Below, one piece after another: positions 11,426 to 26,940 of a stretch of DNA of 64,000 nt. The stretch covers positions 1 through 64,000 of the forward strand of contig NIVC01000772.1 in the NCBI GenBank assembly GCA_002269645.1, given 5' to 3'. Each line of letters begins with the position of its first letter. Positions within the stretch are counted from its first letter, which is position 1. A program made the position numbers and the translations under genes. This DNA is from Macrostomum lignano. Taxonomy: Eukaryota. The notes under the pieces are model-generated. The model saw only the letters and a list, made by a program, of their open reading frames with translations, was not told the DNA's origin and searched no databases.

Positions 11426-12021
11426 GCCAGTTTCCTACTTCTCTGTTCACTTGCTTCCTAGATCCATTGTCCCTGTTTCCATAAATCCCAAGTTCCCTAG
11501 TCGTCTCAGTTAGGAGTTAATTTTCGGTCAAAGCTTTTCTGGTATTCCTGATAAAAACGGAACAGGCTCGTACGCTGCTGTCTCATTGCGCAGGCACCGC
11601 CAGAACACGGCTGGCGTGAGCGCTGCCGTGGCCTCCTGCAAAATGCTCTGCAATGTGAACCAGTACAACGTATTCCCAGACAGAGTGCCCTGGCCATCGA
11701 ACCTGAAATTGGCCGAGTTCATCATCCACGGCATTGGCAGACGGCGCAAAATCCATTTGAAGTCGCAGAACATCACTAGCAAGGTGGTTCAGAATCTGAT
11801 TGGCAGAACGCTGCACGTCATAAATAACCCGTCAATTAGTGTAGTGGATTTGTACCCAATCAGCACGAAGGCCACTGTGACTTCCGAGGCTCTGGCCTAC
11901 GAGTTGCGCAATCTATTCTCAGATCTGGGCGGAATTCTCGGTAAATTATAAGCAGTTTTGGCTTTTCGAGAATTGCTCAATTTTAAAATGTTTTGAAAAC
12001 ATTAATGTTTTAAGGGTCGTG

Positions 12022-12029
12022 ACGGACAG

Positions 12030-12092
<63 letters not shown>

Positions 12093-12119
12093 GGCAGACA
12101 GACAGACACTAAGACACTA

Positions 12120-12211
<92 letters not shown>
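12022..12211. repeat. (GACA)n microsatellite
   Basis: Direct reading of the sequence. Confidence 0.97.
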
Positions 12212-14270
<2,059 letters not shown>

Positions 14271-14314
14271 ACAGACAGAAAGACAGACTAAGACACTAAG
14301 ACACTAAGACACTA

Positions 14315-14351
<37 letters not shown>

Positions 14352-14754
14352 CCAAGACAGACAGACACCAAGACAGACAGACAGACCGACATTCGAGCTT
14401 GAAGGCTTCATAGTCAAAAATAGAAGTGGAACAGAAACTCGCAGCGAATGTACTGTGCAATGAGGCCAAGCAGGAATGGGCAGAGGGGTTAAAATGAAGC
14501 TGAGCCGTGACAACTTTGCGCATAATTCTTTCAGCAACTTTGGCACAGCCAATTTCTCTAAATTCGTGCATTCGTCCTTTACTTTTTGTGCGGTGACGTG
14601 AGAGTTCTGAGCCAGCAGTTCGTCTCTGTTTTTGGCAGCTGCATACGAAAATGCAGTTGATAAATACCAACTGCGAGCCACTGGCACCGCTCATCGCCTC
14701 TACGCTTTATTACTGGCTTTCACTTTTAATAAAACAACTGACTGAGCGGCCGAG

Positions 14755-16342
<1,588 letters not shown>

Positions 16343-16586
16343 ACTCTCGTTCCTGGCGTTAACCGAATTTAACCGAATTCGCAACGTTAATTGAGATTTT
16401 TTAATTCTCTCCTCATACTTCACCGAGCTTCTATGCGCATTTTTACTAGCGAATCGGCGCGCACAGTCACTGCAATGTCAAAAAATATCCATTGTTATTG
16501 CGGATTCTCACTTTTATTAAATGTGTCGGTGTCTTAAATTGAGCGTCATAATTAGATTTTCTAAACTTCGCCCGTATTAGTATTAG

Positions 16587-17297
<711 letters not shown>

Positions 17298-17637
17298 ACG
17301 CGCTAGTATTTTATTTGTTGACGTCTCTTCCGTTGCCAATTTGTTTTTTATCTTAGCAGTAGCAGCAAAGCGTTTGCCCGATTGCTATTCAACACAACGC
17401 AATGCTCCTAGTTTGGCAGAAGTGGTTCAAGTTTACAAGGACCTGCCTGAAAAAATGCTTTGAATTGCAGAACGGATGCTACTGGATTCATACCGTGATA
17501 CTAGATGCGGTAGATTAATTTTCAGTGGACCCAACACGAACTCCCCTAAGGTGTCCACATTTCAATGCTCTATTGTCTCGGCCAATAAGATATGTACATT
17601 CCCGCCTCCCGTTCTCACTCAGTCTCAAAGAGCGCAG

Positions 17638-17669
<32 letters not shown>

Positions 17670-17778
17670 GCTGCTCGCTATCTTTGATATAAGCAAACAT
17701 TTACGGACACACAATATTAAGGACACGTTTAGTCAACTAAAAAAGGTCTTCCTTTACTTGCAAGCGTAGCAAAAATTC

Positions 17779-17858
17779 ATGTTGTTGCTGAGACTGCTGC
17801 CGCTGATCTGCACCTTGGCGTGTGTGGCATCGGGTAAGGGATTTTTTGACTGATTGGC

Positions 17859-17893
<35 letters not shown>

Positions 17894-18158
17894 AAGACAG
17901 ACAGACACACAGACACACAGACACACAGACAGACAGACAGACAGACAGACACTAAGACAGACAGACAGACAGACATACAGACGGACAGACAGACAGATAG
18001 ACAGACAGACACTAAGACAGACAGATAGACAGACAGACACTAAGACAGACAGACAGACAGACCGACACTAAGACAGACACTGAGACAGACAGATAGACAG
18101 ACAGACACTAAGACAGACACTAAGACAGACAGACAGACACTAAGACAGACAGACAGGC

Positions 18159-18239
<81 letters not shown>

Positions 18240-18338
18240 CTAAGACACACAGACAGACAGACAGACACTAAGACAGACAGACAGACAGACATACAGACGG
18301 ACAGACAGACAGATAGACAGACAGACACTAAGACAGAC

Positions 18339-18391
<53 letters not shown>

Positions 18392-18394
18392 CTA

Positions 18395-18439
<45 letters not shown>

Positions 18440-20258
18440 TCAGACACGCAAATCTCCCAGCCCCAGAGCAGCTGTCATTCGCCCAGTACTGTTCGGCATC
18501 ACGCGAGCTGCACGTGTTCAAGCAGGCCAGCGAGCCCCATGCTGCTGCCCGCGTCTGCCTCTACAGCATGCAGTACGATGAGCCGCCCATTGTGCTAAGG
18601 AATCTCAAAGCCGTAAGCCAGACAAGCGATTAAGATGTTTAGTGGATTAGATAAAACTATGACGTCACCTCAGACAGAACTAGTACTGGGCTTCAATCGG
18701 TACCTTATTCATTTCAGACGACATTCTACTCAACGAATCAAACCATTCACCTGAAATTTGACGAAATTTGAAATTTTGCATGGAAGGTGATTATATGCTA
18801 CTGAGACTCAGTAGTTTAACTGTGTTTTTGTTAAATTTTAGAAGCATTTATAAACTGTAACTGCAGACACAAGAAGGATAATTTGCAGAATGGTAATCTT
18901 CCTAAGTTTCTAAAGGTTTCTAGAGCTTCCCAGAGATTTCCAGAGCTTTCTTGATGAATCGTTAATGAGGAAGGGCGCCAGCACCAAGGGGCGCCAGCAC
19001 CAAGGGGCGCCAGCACCAAAGGGGCGACAGCACCAAGGGGCGCCAGCACCAAGGGGCGCCAGCACCAAGGGGCGCCAGCACCAAGGGGCGCCAGCACCAA
19101 GGGGCGCCAGCACCAAGGGGCGCCAGCACCAAGGGGCCTCTTGCTTTAACGGGCGCCAAGCACCAAGGAGCCTCTTGCTTCAAGGGGCAAGGAGTGCCAT
19201 AATTTTTAACCTACTTTGAAGTTAAAATATAAATTTTTCAATCGTTGCAGATAGAATGGTTGAAGGCTCCGGACCAGCGGCCTTCAGATGAAAACTGGAG
19301 CTGTAAATTCTCCACGCCATTTGAGACCTGCTTCATCGAAGGTGTGCCATGTAGATTTTTTCAATGTCCCATCCAACAATAATCAAGCCCGATATATGCA
19401 TAATTCTGATAATAATGATAATAATAATAATATCTGATTACACCTGCCCAGGTGTGCAACCGACAGCTCAGTCGCAGCTATTGCGCGGCGCATCTGAAGG
19501 CTGCGTACGGCTTTTCAGTCCAAGGACTGGGGGTCGCCACTCACACCCTCAGTTACCCCAGCTAATGCTGGCACCCATTTTACAGCTGAGTGAACTGAAG
19601 CAATGCAGAGTTAAGTGTCTTGCTTAAGGACACAAATTGTTCCTAGTGGGTCGAGAATCGAACCCCCGACCTTTCAGTCGTGATTCCAATGCTCTGACCA
19701 CTACCATCTGGCTACAGCCATCCTTACTGAACAGTAGTATATCTTTAGTGTCAATCATTATCAATTTTGTTTTAAGTGAAATTACGAGCGTAGTTGCTTA
19801 GAGTTCACGGCAAGATAATGTCGTTTAAATTGAAGCCATATTAGCAAAGAATTTCTAAGAAAATTACCGGTATTTCACCGTCCTTTACTATACAAAGGTC
19901 TTTTTAGTGTCGCTCTTTGCTTGATTTCTCCTCAGTTGGCGAGACGATCGGTTTATTACCTGAAATGGAGCATCAGCATCAGATGGTGATCAGCCAGGAC
20001 TTGAAGTGCTTCCTGCCGCCTAAGCAGTTCAACTCACTGCTTGATGGCTGCGGGGTCCAGAGTAATGCAAGAAGAGAAGGCATTGCGTTCGCAACGTCCA
20101 GTGTGGTGGTTGTCGCTTCAGTGCCTGCAGCCCTCATCGCCGTGGTTGCAGCTCTGCTGTGCAAAAAAAGCTGCTGCAAAAGGCAGATAGATGGGCCAAA
20201 TGCAATGGATAGAGAAAACGGGGCTGAAGCTCCACTCAATCCTGATCCCAGATCCTGA
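17779..20258 (+). CDS. Uncharacterised single-pass type-I membrane protein, about 206 aa, 4 exons
   Basis: Exons 17779-17833, 18461-18612, 19251-19341 and 19936-20258 join in phases 1, 0 and 1. Signal peptide [18 protein letters not shown], a Cys-containing ectodomain, and TM segment [20 protein letters not shown] followed by KK. Confidence 0.7.
17858..18438. repeat. Complex (GACA)n array in intron 1 of the membrane-protein gene
   Basis: Direct reading; contains CACTAAG and CATA interruptions. Confidence 0.97.
18971..19136. repeat. 16-bp GC-rich minisatellite (GCGCCAGCACCAAGGG)
   Basis: Direct reading; intronic. Confidence 0.95.
19405..19705 (-). mobile_element. tRNA-derived SINE with a CORE/MIR-like segment
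   Basis: The minus strand begins with A-box TAGTGGTCAGAGC and B-box GGTTCGATTC. The plus strand carries GTTAAGTGTCTTGCTTAAGGACAC, resembling the MIR core, and an (ATA)n tail lies at about 19405-19432. Confidence 0.6.
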
Positions 20259-21148
20259 TCCCAGATCCTGATCCCAGATCCTGATCCCAGATCCTGATCC
20301 CAGATCCTGATCCCAGATCCTGATCCCAGATCCTGATCCCAGATCCTGATCCCAGATCCTGATCCCAGATCCTGATCCCAGATCCTGATCCCAGATCCTG
20401 ATCCCAGATCCTGATCCCAGATCCTGATCCCAGATCCTGATCCCAGATCCTGATCCCAGATCCTGATCCCAGATCCTGATCCCAGATCCTGATCCCAGAT
20501 CCTGATCCCAGATCCTGATCCCAGATCCTGATCCCAGATCCTGATCCCAGATCCTGATCCCAGATCCTGATCCCAGATCCTGATCCCAGATCCTGATCCC
20601 AGATCCTGATCCCAGATCCTGATCCCAGATCCTGATCCCAGATCCTGATCCCAGATCCTGATCCCAGATCCTGATCCCAGATCCTGATCCCAGATCCTGA
20701 TCCCAGATCCTGATCCCAGATCCTGATCCCAGATCCTGATCCCAGATCCTGATCCCAGATCCTGATCCCAGATCCTGATCCCAGATCCTGATCCCAGATC
20801 CTGATCCCAGATCCTGATCCCAGATCCTGATCCCAGATCCTGATCCCAGATCCTGATCCCAGATCCTGATCCCAGATCCTGATCCCAGATCCTGATCCCA
20901 GATCCTGATCCCAGATCCTGATCCCAGATCCTGATCCCAGATCCTGATCCCAGATCCTGATCCCAGATCCTGATCCCAGATCCTGATCCCAGATCCTGAT
21001 CCCAGATCCTGATCCCAGATCCTGATCCCAGATCCTGATCCCAGATCCTGATCCCAGATCCTGATCCCAGATCCTGATCCCAGATCCTGATCCCAGATCC
21101 TGATCCCAGATCCTGATCCCAGATCCTGATCCCAGATCCTGATCCCAG
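20239..21148. repeat. Homogeneous 13-bp minisatellite (ATCCTGATCCCAG) x70
   Basis: 910 bp equals 70 x 13, with no variant units seen. Confidence 0.98.
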
Positions 21149-21644
21149 GTTAGCAAAATCATACACTGATTTGACCTCTGACTTACTAATTTAATAAACT
21201 AATCCAGAATATTATACACTTAACACTATAGCACGAAACACCTTGTATTCAATCTGGCTTAAATGCTTTGTGTTTGCTTTTTCAAACGTAACTGACAGAT
21301 CGATAAATAGATAGAAACAACTTTTTTAGTAGTACATGTAGATTTTTTTTCATATTTCAGTTTAAAAACACAGCGACGACTCTGATCTCGCACTCTATAT
21401 TTTTCCATTTAATTTTTTCCTGCTTTTACATATGGACCCATTGCCTCAAAAGTGCATCGAATGAAACTAGTCGAGCCGGGCAAATTTTTCGCCTAATTGA
21501 ACTGTATTCCCTCGCGATTTGCTTGCACTGTCTATGGCCCGGGGCCCGGGGCAAAAGCAATGCTGATGAGCGTGTTTTCCCCCGAGGCATTGAAATGTGC
21601 AACAAGAACGCTAAATAGACAGCGGATCCGGTGTGTTTGCAAAC

Positions 21645-22682
21645 ATGGTAGACAAAGACAAGCAGAGAGTCTTCTGCACACCTGGCTTCGGCACGTTCGG
21701 CTCGATGATCGACTTGGGCCTGGACCTGGAGCCGCTGAGGAACCGGATTCGCGAATGCAAACTGCGCTACCACCGCGAGCTGTGGAGCATCATCTGCGAC
21801 TTGGGCATTCAGGGCGGCGACTCTGGCTGGAAGAAACGCGACGACGACGAGGGCGGCGGCGAAGGCGGCGGCGAAGGAGGCGGCGATGGCGGCGGCGATG
21901 GCGGTGGCGAAGACGGCGGCGAAGGCGGCGGCGATGGCGGTGGCGAAGGCGGCGATGACGGCGGCGATGGCGGCGGCGAAGGCGGCGGAGATGACGAGGG
22001 AGACGAGGCCAACCAGAGCAACATCAGAGCGATTCGCAATCGCAACAGGTCCAATGCGGCGGCCAATTTCGGGCGTAATTCTTTTCAAAGATCTTCGACT
22101 GCTCTGAGACAGCAGCGGCAGCAGCAACAGCAGCGGCAGCAGCAGCGGTTGCCACCAAAGCAGCAGCAACAGCAGTATCAACAGCAACAGCATCGGCAGA
22201 GGCAGCGACAGCAGCCTCAGTGGCCTCCGCAACAGCTTCAGCCGCAGTGGCCCCCGGCTCCACCGCTTCAGCAGCCTCAATGGCCTCAACAGCAGCCGCA
22301 GATTCTGCATCAGCAGCAGCCATGGCTTCCACCCAGCATTCCCGGTCCATCGGCCCCGCTAGTAATCGAAAATGCTAATTATTTGTCTCATGCTCGAGCG
22401 AAACTGCCTTCAGTCGGCAAGAGTGCCAGCAGAAGAGGTGGGGGAGGCGGCGGCGGCATCTGCAACGGCAGCTGCAGCAGCAGTTCGCTCACATCTGCCG
22501 ATGACGTCACAGGGTGCGAATTCTCCGAGCTGCCGGCCTTGCCGGACATCGAGTCAGCCCCGTCGTCATTGTTAGCCCAGTCGAAAAAGTTTGTGCCACT
22601 CCGTTGCGGCGATTGGTCGTCGCGTAAAACAAAAGAAACTGGCAGTGACCGGCGTCGGAAGCACGGCAAGCACAAGCACTGA
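21645..22682 (+). CDS. Putative low-complexity protein (G/E/D repeat, Q/P-rich, basic C-terminus)
   Basis: Open frame with a globular-looking N-terminus (LEPLRNRIRECKLRYHRELWSIICDLG), poly-CAG tracts like those of neighbouring genes, and a C-terminal RRRKHGKHKH. No family recognised and the 5' end is uncertain. Confidence 0.45.
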   Translation: MVDKDKQRVFCTPGFGTFGSMIDLGLDLEPLRNRIRECKLRYHRELWSIICDLGIQGGDSGWKKRDDDEGGGEGGGEGGGDGGGDGGGEDGGEGGGDGGGEGGDDGGDGGGEGGGDDEGDEANQSNIRAIRNRNRSNAAANFGRNSFQRSSTALRQQRQQQQQRQQQRLPPKQQQQQYQQQQHRQRQRQQPQWPPQQLQPQWPPAPPLQQPQWPQQQPQILHQQQPWLPPSIPGPSAPLVIENANYLSHARAKLPSVGKSASRRGGGGGGGICNGSCSSSSLTSADDVTGCEFSELPALPDIESAPSSLLAQSKKFVPLRCGDWSSRKTKETGSDRRRKHGKHKH

Positions 22683-25336
22683 TAATGAAAAAGCGACTGA
22701 ACCTCCGCGCTAAACTTGCCATGTACTTTCATTTTTCCTAAAACGTAATTAGTTAAAATTTTATTCTCTCCTTATAATAAGTATTTCTGCGAAATGAAAA
22801 AGGTGTCAGAAATCGTTAATTACTTCCATACTCTGATTTGCGAGCTTTCAACTTTGCGGACGAAAAAAGATATTACACCACTTATTGTTTTTTGACAATG
22901 TATACGTGCTCATATTCATTTTTGGCCAATTTCAAAACAAATATATTTTACGCTATTTTCTGCATTAAAACAAAAGACTTCTGATATGTCTGTATCATTG
23001 CGTCGTGGATCATTTTCTTATAGTTTGAGATATAGGTTTAGAAAATGGTATAATACGAATAGCCGATCGATAGATTGCAATACTCACATAATGAAGATAG
23101 CAATAACCATGCAGCTCGGCCAGATATTCGTTGACGAGTTTACCGGCACCCTTGAAAATACGCGGAAATTATAGTTTTTTTTCAAATGAAGATTGCATGG
23201 ACATAAAATTCTTGAAATAGGGTAGACTAAAAAACTGAAAAAGCAAAAAATGTGATGGGGAATAGCTCATAAGAGGACTAATGCGAAGTGTAACACAGAT
23301 TGTGAGTGCATTGAATTTATAGGTATTATGTACAGGAGTCAAGTGATCTGATCTGCTAGGGGATCAGTGGATGTAAGTTCTAATCGAAGGACGCTGTTGC
23401 TTGTGCAGTTTGGCAGGTTGAAAGAGAGCTTAAAAAGGACGTTTTTATTGCGTAACGATTTCTTTTATTTCAACATTGCTCGCAAGTGGTCGCCGTATTC
23501 CGCTTCATGATTAAAAAAATAATTTACGTTTGATTCAACGTTCATTTAACGCTCAATTATCGTGAATTTTTAAATGTGCGCATTTCTCTACAAGTTTTAA
23601 CTAAAAGAAATGTGAAATATTTAGAAATTTTTCTTACAGATGATATATTATTTACCAGAATAACTTTTTCGTACTTTAATTTTAATCTTAATTTGAAGAA
23701 ATGGCTGGCTTCCTTCCCGTAATAAAGTGCGTTTTTAAATTGCAAAAGCTGCCAAGTTAATCCAGCAATGAATTTCCCAGAATTGAATTGAGAAAATATG
23801 CGCCGTAAGTGTAGTAAAATAGTTTGAAGCTTACGAGCGGATGTCTGTTAGCCGCGCAATTAGTGACTAAAATTTTGTCAATAATTGCGATAAAAAGATT
23901 AAAAAATAACAATAAGAAACAAATAAAAACATATTATTTATTGTCTTATTGAAATACGAATTTTTGTTTACTTCGTATTGTATTGCACCATGAACACCAT
24001 TTTTATACGTGCTCATATTCATATGATAACCATTGATAACCATTGCACGGTCATTGACTCATCGCTCACACTTTTATTATAATACTTATAGAAATAGACT
24101 CAATAAAGTTGAAACATCAAATATGCACATTATGCAGTAGCATAGCCAGAATTTCCATCCTGACCTACTATGCAATAAAAACAAATTACTTTACTAGCGT
24201 TCGCATCAATTAGCCAGTATAATTATTCATAGCTTATAAACTTACTTTCTATAGCCTAGGCCTATTTAAAATAACAAAATCCTTATTTAGTAGCCAGGTT
24301 GCGGATGGTATGCATGTACGCCGGAACTTTTCTGGCATACAAAAATGGGGTTAAATGGCCACCCTAAGTCCTTGGCATACACAATCAGCATACACAACCC
24401 CTGGCGAAATTTATTGGTATACACTATTGGTGTACACAATAACAGCCATGCATACTTTTTTGGCGTACAAATTTTGGTGAATAAATTCATGCCATACATG
24501 AAAATTGTAATATAAATTAATGTTTTTATGTAAAGTAACGGAAAATTTATATCGTTAGTGATAAAATTTTTGCTTCTTTGTAATTAGCAATAAATAAAAC
24601 TAGTGTAAATTTTTGCTAAGAGTATCAATTTTGCATCATATTTTTTGTAGGTATAATTTAATTATACTAAATTAGTAGGCCTATCATTGGTGACAATTAT
24701 AGAGACTACTTTATAAACTCAAGACAAGTTAATATAATAGTATCTAATTATACCTAAGGTTTGATATTCAATTCTCAACTTACTTAGAATAATTTGTATC
24801 TTCAGGAAAGACAGGAACTTGTACCTTTCTGCATTGCTTTGGTTTACTTAGTTATAAAATAGGTAATACAATTAACTAGGATAATTGAGAGCATATGTGG
24901 TGACCCCCCTTCCCCTAGTCTTTATACTATATAGCTATGTATAGGTAGCCTTTAGATACATTGCACAAAAACTATAGCTAAGTTGGTTACATATCTAGCC
25001 TATTTGGGGTAGTTATAATCATACTATATTGAAAAGAAATATGTATTATAATTATATAAGACTAAGAGTGTTTTTAGTTTGAAAATCAACAATATCTACT
25101 TTAAAATTGAAAAAATAAATATTCTAAGCAACAAATAAACTACTTTTATTGTTTAATTAAAGAAATTAAAAATAAAAATATTCTAATAATAATACGTAAA
25201 ATAAGAGCAATATGGCTTAGGGCCTATATAGTGTGTACTTTGTTATATGCATACTAATAAGGATGCCAACAAGGTTTATTATTAGGTTTTAAAAAGAAGA
25301 AATGAAAATGTACATAACCAAGTATAAAAATAAATA

Positions 25337-25728
25337 TAGGGTGTCCCATAAGTAACTTTACAACTTGTTTCGTGAATAACTTTGTGATTAGTGCTTGGAT
25401 CCCCACCAGATTTTAGCATAGGAAAATATATAGAAAAGGGATTTTTTGACACCAAAAGCATGTTCATATCAGGCCCAGATTTTGCCTGAGACGCTTATCA
25501 AAGCCCTGCTAGACTTTCCGCGGCGGCTAGAGGCCTGCCTTACAAATGGCGGTGGCCACATCAAAGGACCCTGAACAGACTGTATTTTTTAACGTATGAA
25601 CATGCTTTTGGTGTCAAAAAAATCCCTTTTCTATATATTTTCCTATGCTAAAATCTGGTGGGGATCTAAGCATTAATCATAAAGTTATTCACGAAACAAG
25701 TTGTAAAGTTACTTAATGGGACACCCTG
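25337..25728 (+). mobile_element. Tc1/mariner deletion derivative (MITE), 392 bp
   Basis: TIRs of about 132 bp (25337-25468 and 25595-25728) starting (C/T)AGGGTGTCCCA, with TA on both flanks. The interior 25470-25574 encodes the transposase-like C-terminus LPETLIKALLDFPRRLEACLTNGGGHIK. Confidence 0.9.
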
Positions 25729-26940
25729 TAAATCCAAAATATATATATAATAAAATTAAAAACAATAGCTTAGGGCCTAAATAAAATACCATCTAGTAAA
25801 ACTATAAGCTATAAACAGAATATAGATATCTTAAACTTGAAAGTTTCTTTGTATAGCCAAATAACTAAACTTTATATATGGTTACTTAAATAGCAATAAT
25901 AATTGCAATCATATAAACCATTCATGTACATCTATCCTTATATTATATTATATACATGCGCAACTGCTAGCCAACCTAGCCAATCTGGCCACCATAAATT
26001 GTGGCAGACCAGGGGTAAGTCGCAAAAATGCCCACCCCAAGGGAAACAGACATAGTACTAATTAGATGACGAGGCATTTAGCCCTTGTATGATAGTCATA
26101 GTTACTCCTGCCGTTTACCCACAATTGCGTTAATGTTGCTTTAGTTATTTTCACAGGTAAGTCGCATTTTTGGTTAAAAAGTAAGTCCCATAGCCAGTGT
26201 AAATCAGGGGGGTTGCATATGTATGTTATATTATATGCAAAATATGCAATATATTATCAAAAGCTTTTTACATTAAAAAATTGCCACCTTTTTCCCCAGT
26301 AAGCAGTGTCTCAACTAGTGTCCAATCACCTGGCCAACCATTTTGATATTAAAAAATGCTTGAAAAAACATTGAAAACTGGGCAGAAGCATCAATCTATC
26401 CTATCTCTGTCCTCTGCTCTTCCCAATCCCGCCTCATCCAGCCCAACTCTGCATTGTGTGGCACAAGTTGTGTCACTAAAAAATCAATCAATACTAAGCT
26501 AGAATTTACTGTGCACTTTCAAAAGTGGCAACTTTTTAATGTTGTTTAGTATGTATAATAAGCCAAAAACAAATATTTACTAGGCTAATAATATTACCAA
26601 AAATTTGCATTACAAAAAATTTGTGGATCTTGTAAATAAGTCTCGTATATATTAATTATAGAAAATATAGACTGTAGTTTAAATTAAATGTATCCTTAGG
26701 AAAAAAGAAAGAAAACAAACTGTTAATCTGCCAAAATTAGCAACTGTTTGTACCATATGAAGTAACTTTTAAAGCCATGGTTTAATATTCTTATACTAAT
26801 GATTCAAATTCATTTTCACACCTTCAGTCCACTTGCTATTAGCCATCAAGAAGCAGTGGTTTTACCTATCCCAATACCCAAGCAATTGGGCTTGCTTGCG
26901 GCAAACTTAAACCCTTGAGAGGCTAAAGCAAAGACTACAA

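Noticed and set aside
19979-21166. 395-aa and 308-aa minus-strand ORFs ([13 protein letters not shown])n
   Set aside because: They are translations of the 13-bp array, which has no stop codon on that strand.
21426-22310. 294-aa minus-strand Ala/Leu-rich ORF
   Set aside because: Antisense shadow of the GGC/CAG repeats of the plus-strand ORF.
26270-26542. Possible MITE with 22-bp inverted ends
   Set aside because: Short, mismatched, AT-rich and without a TSD; could be chance.
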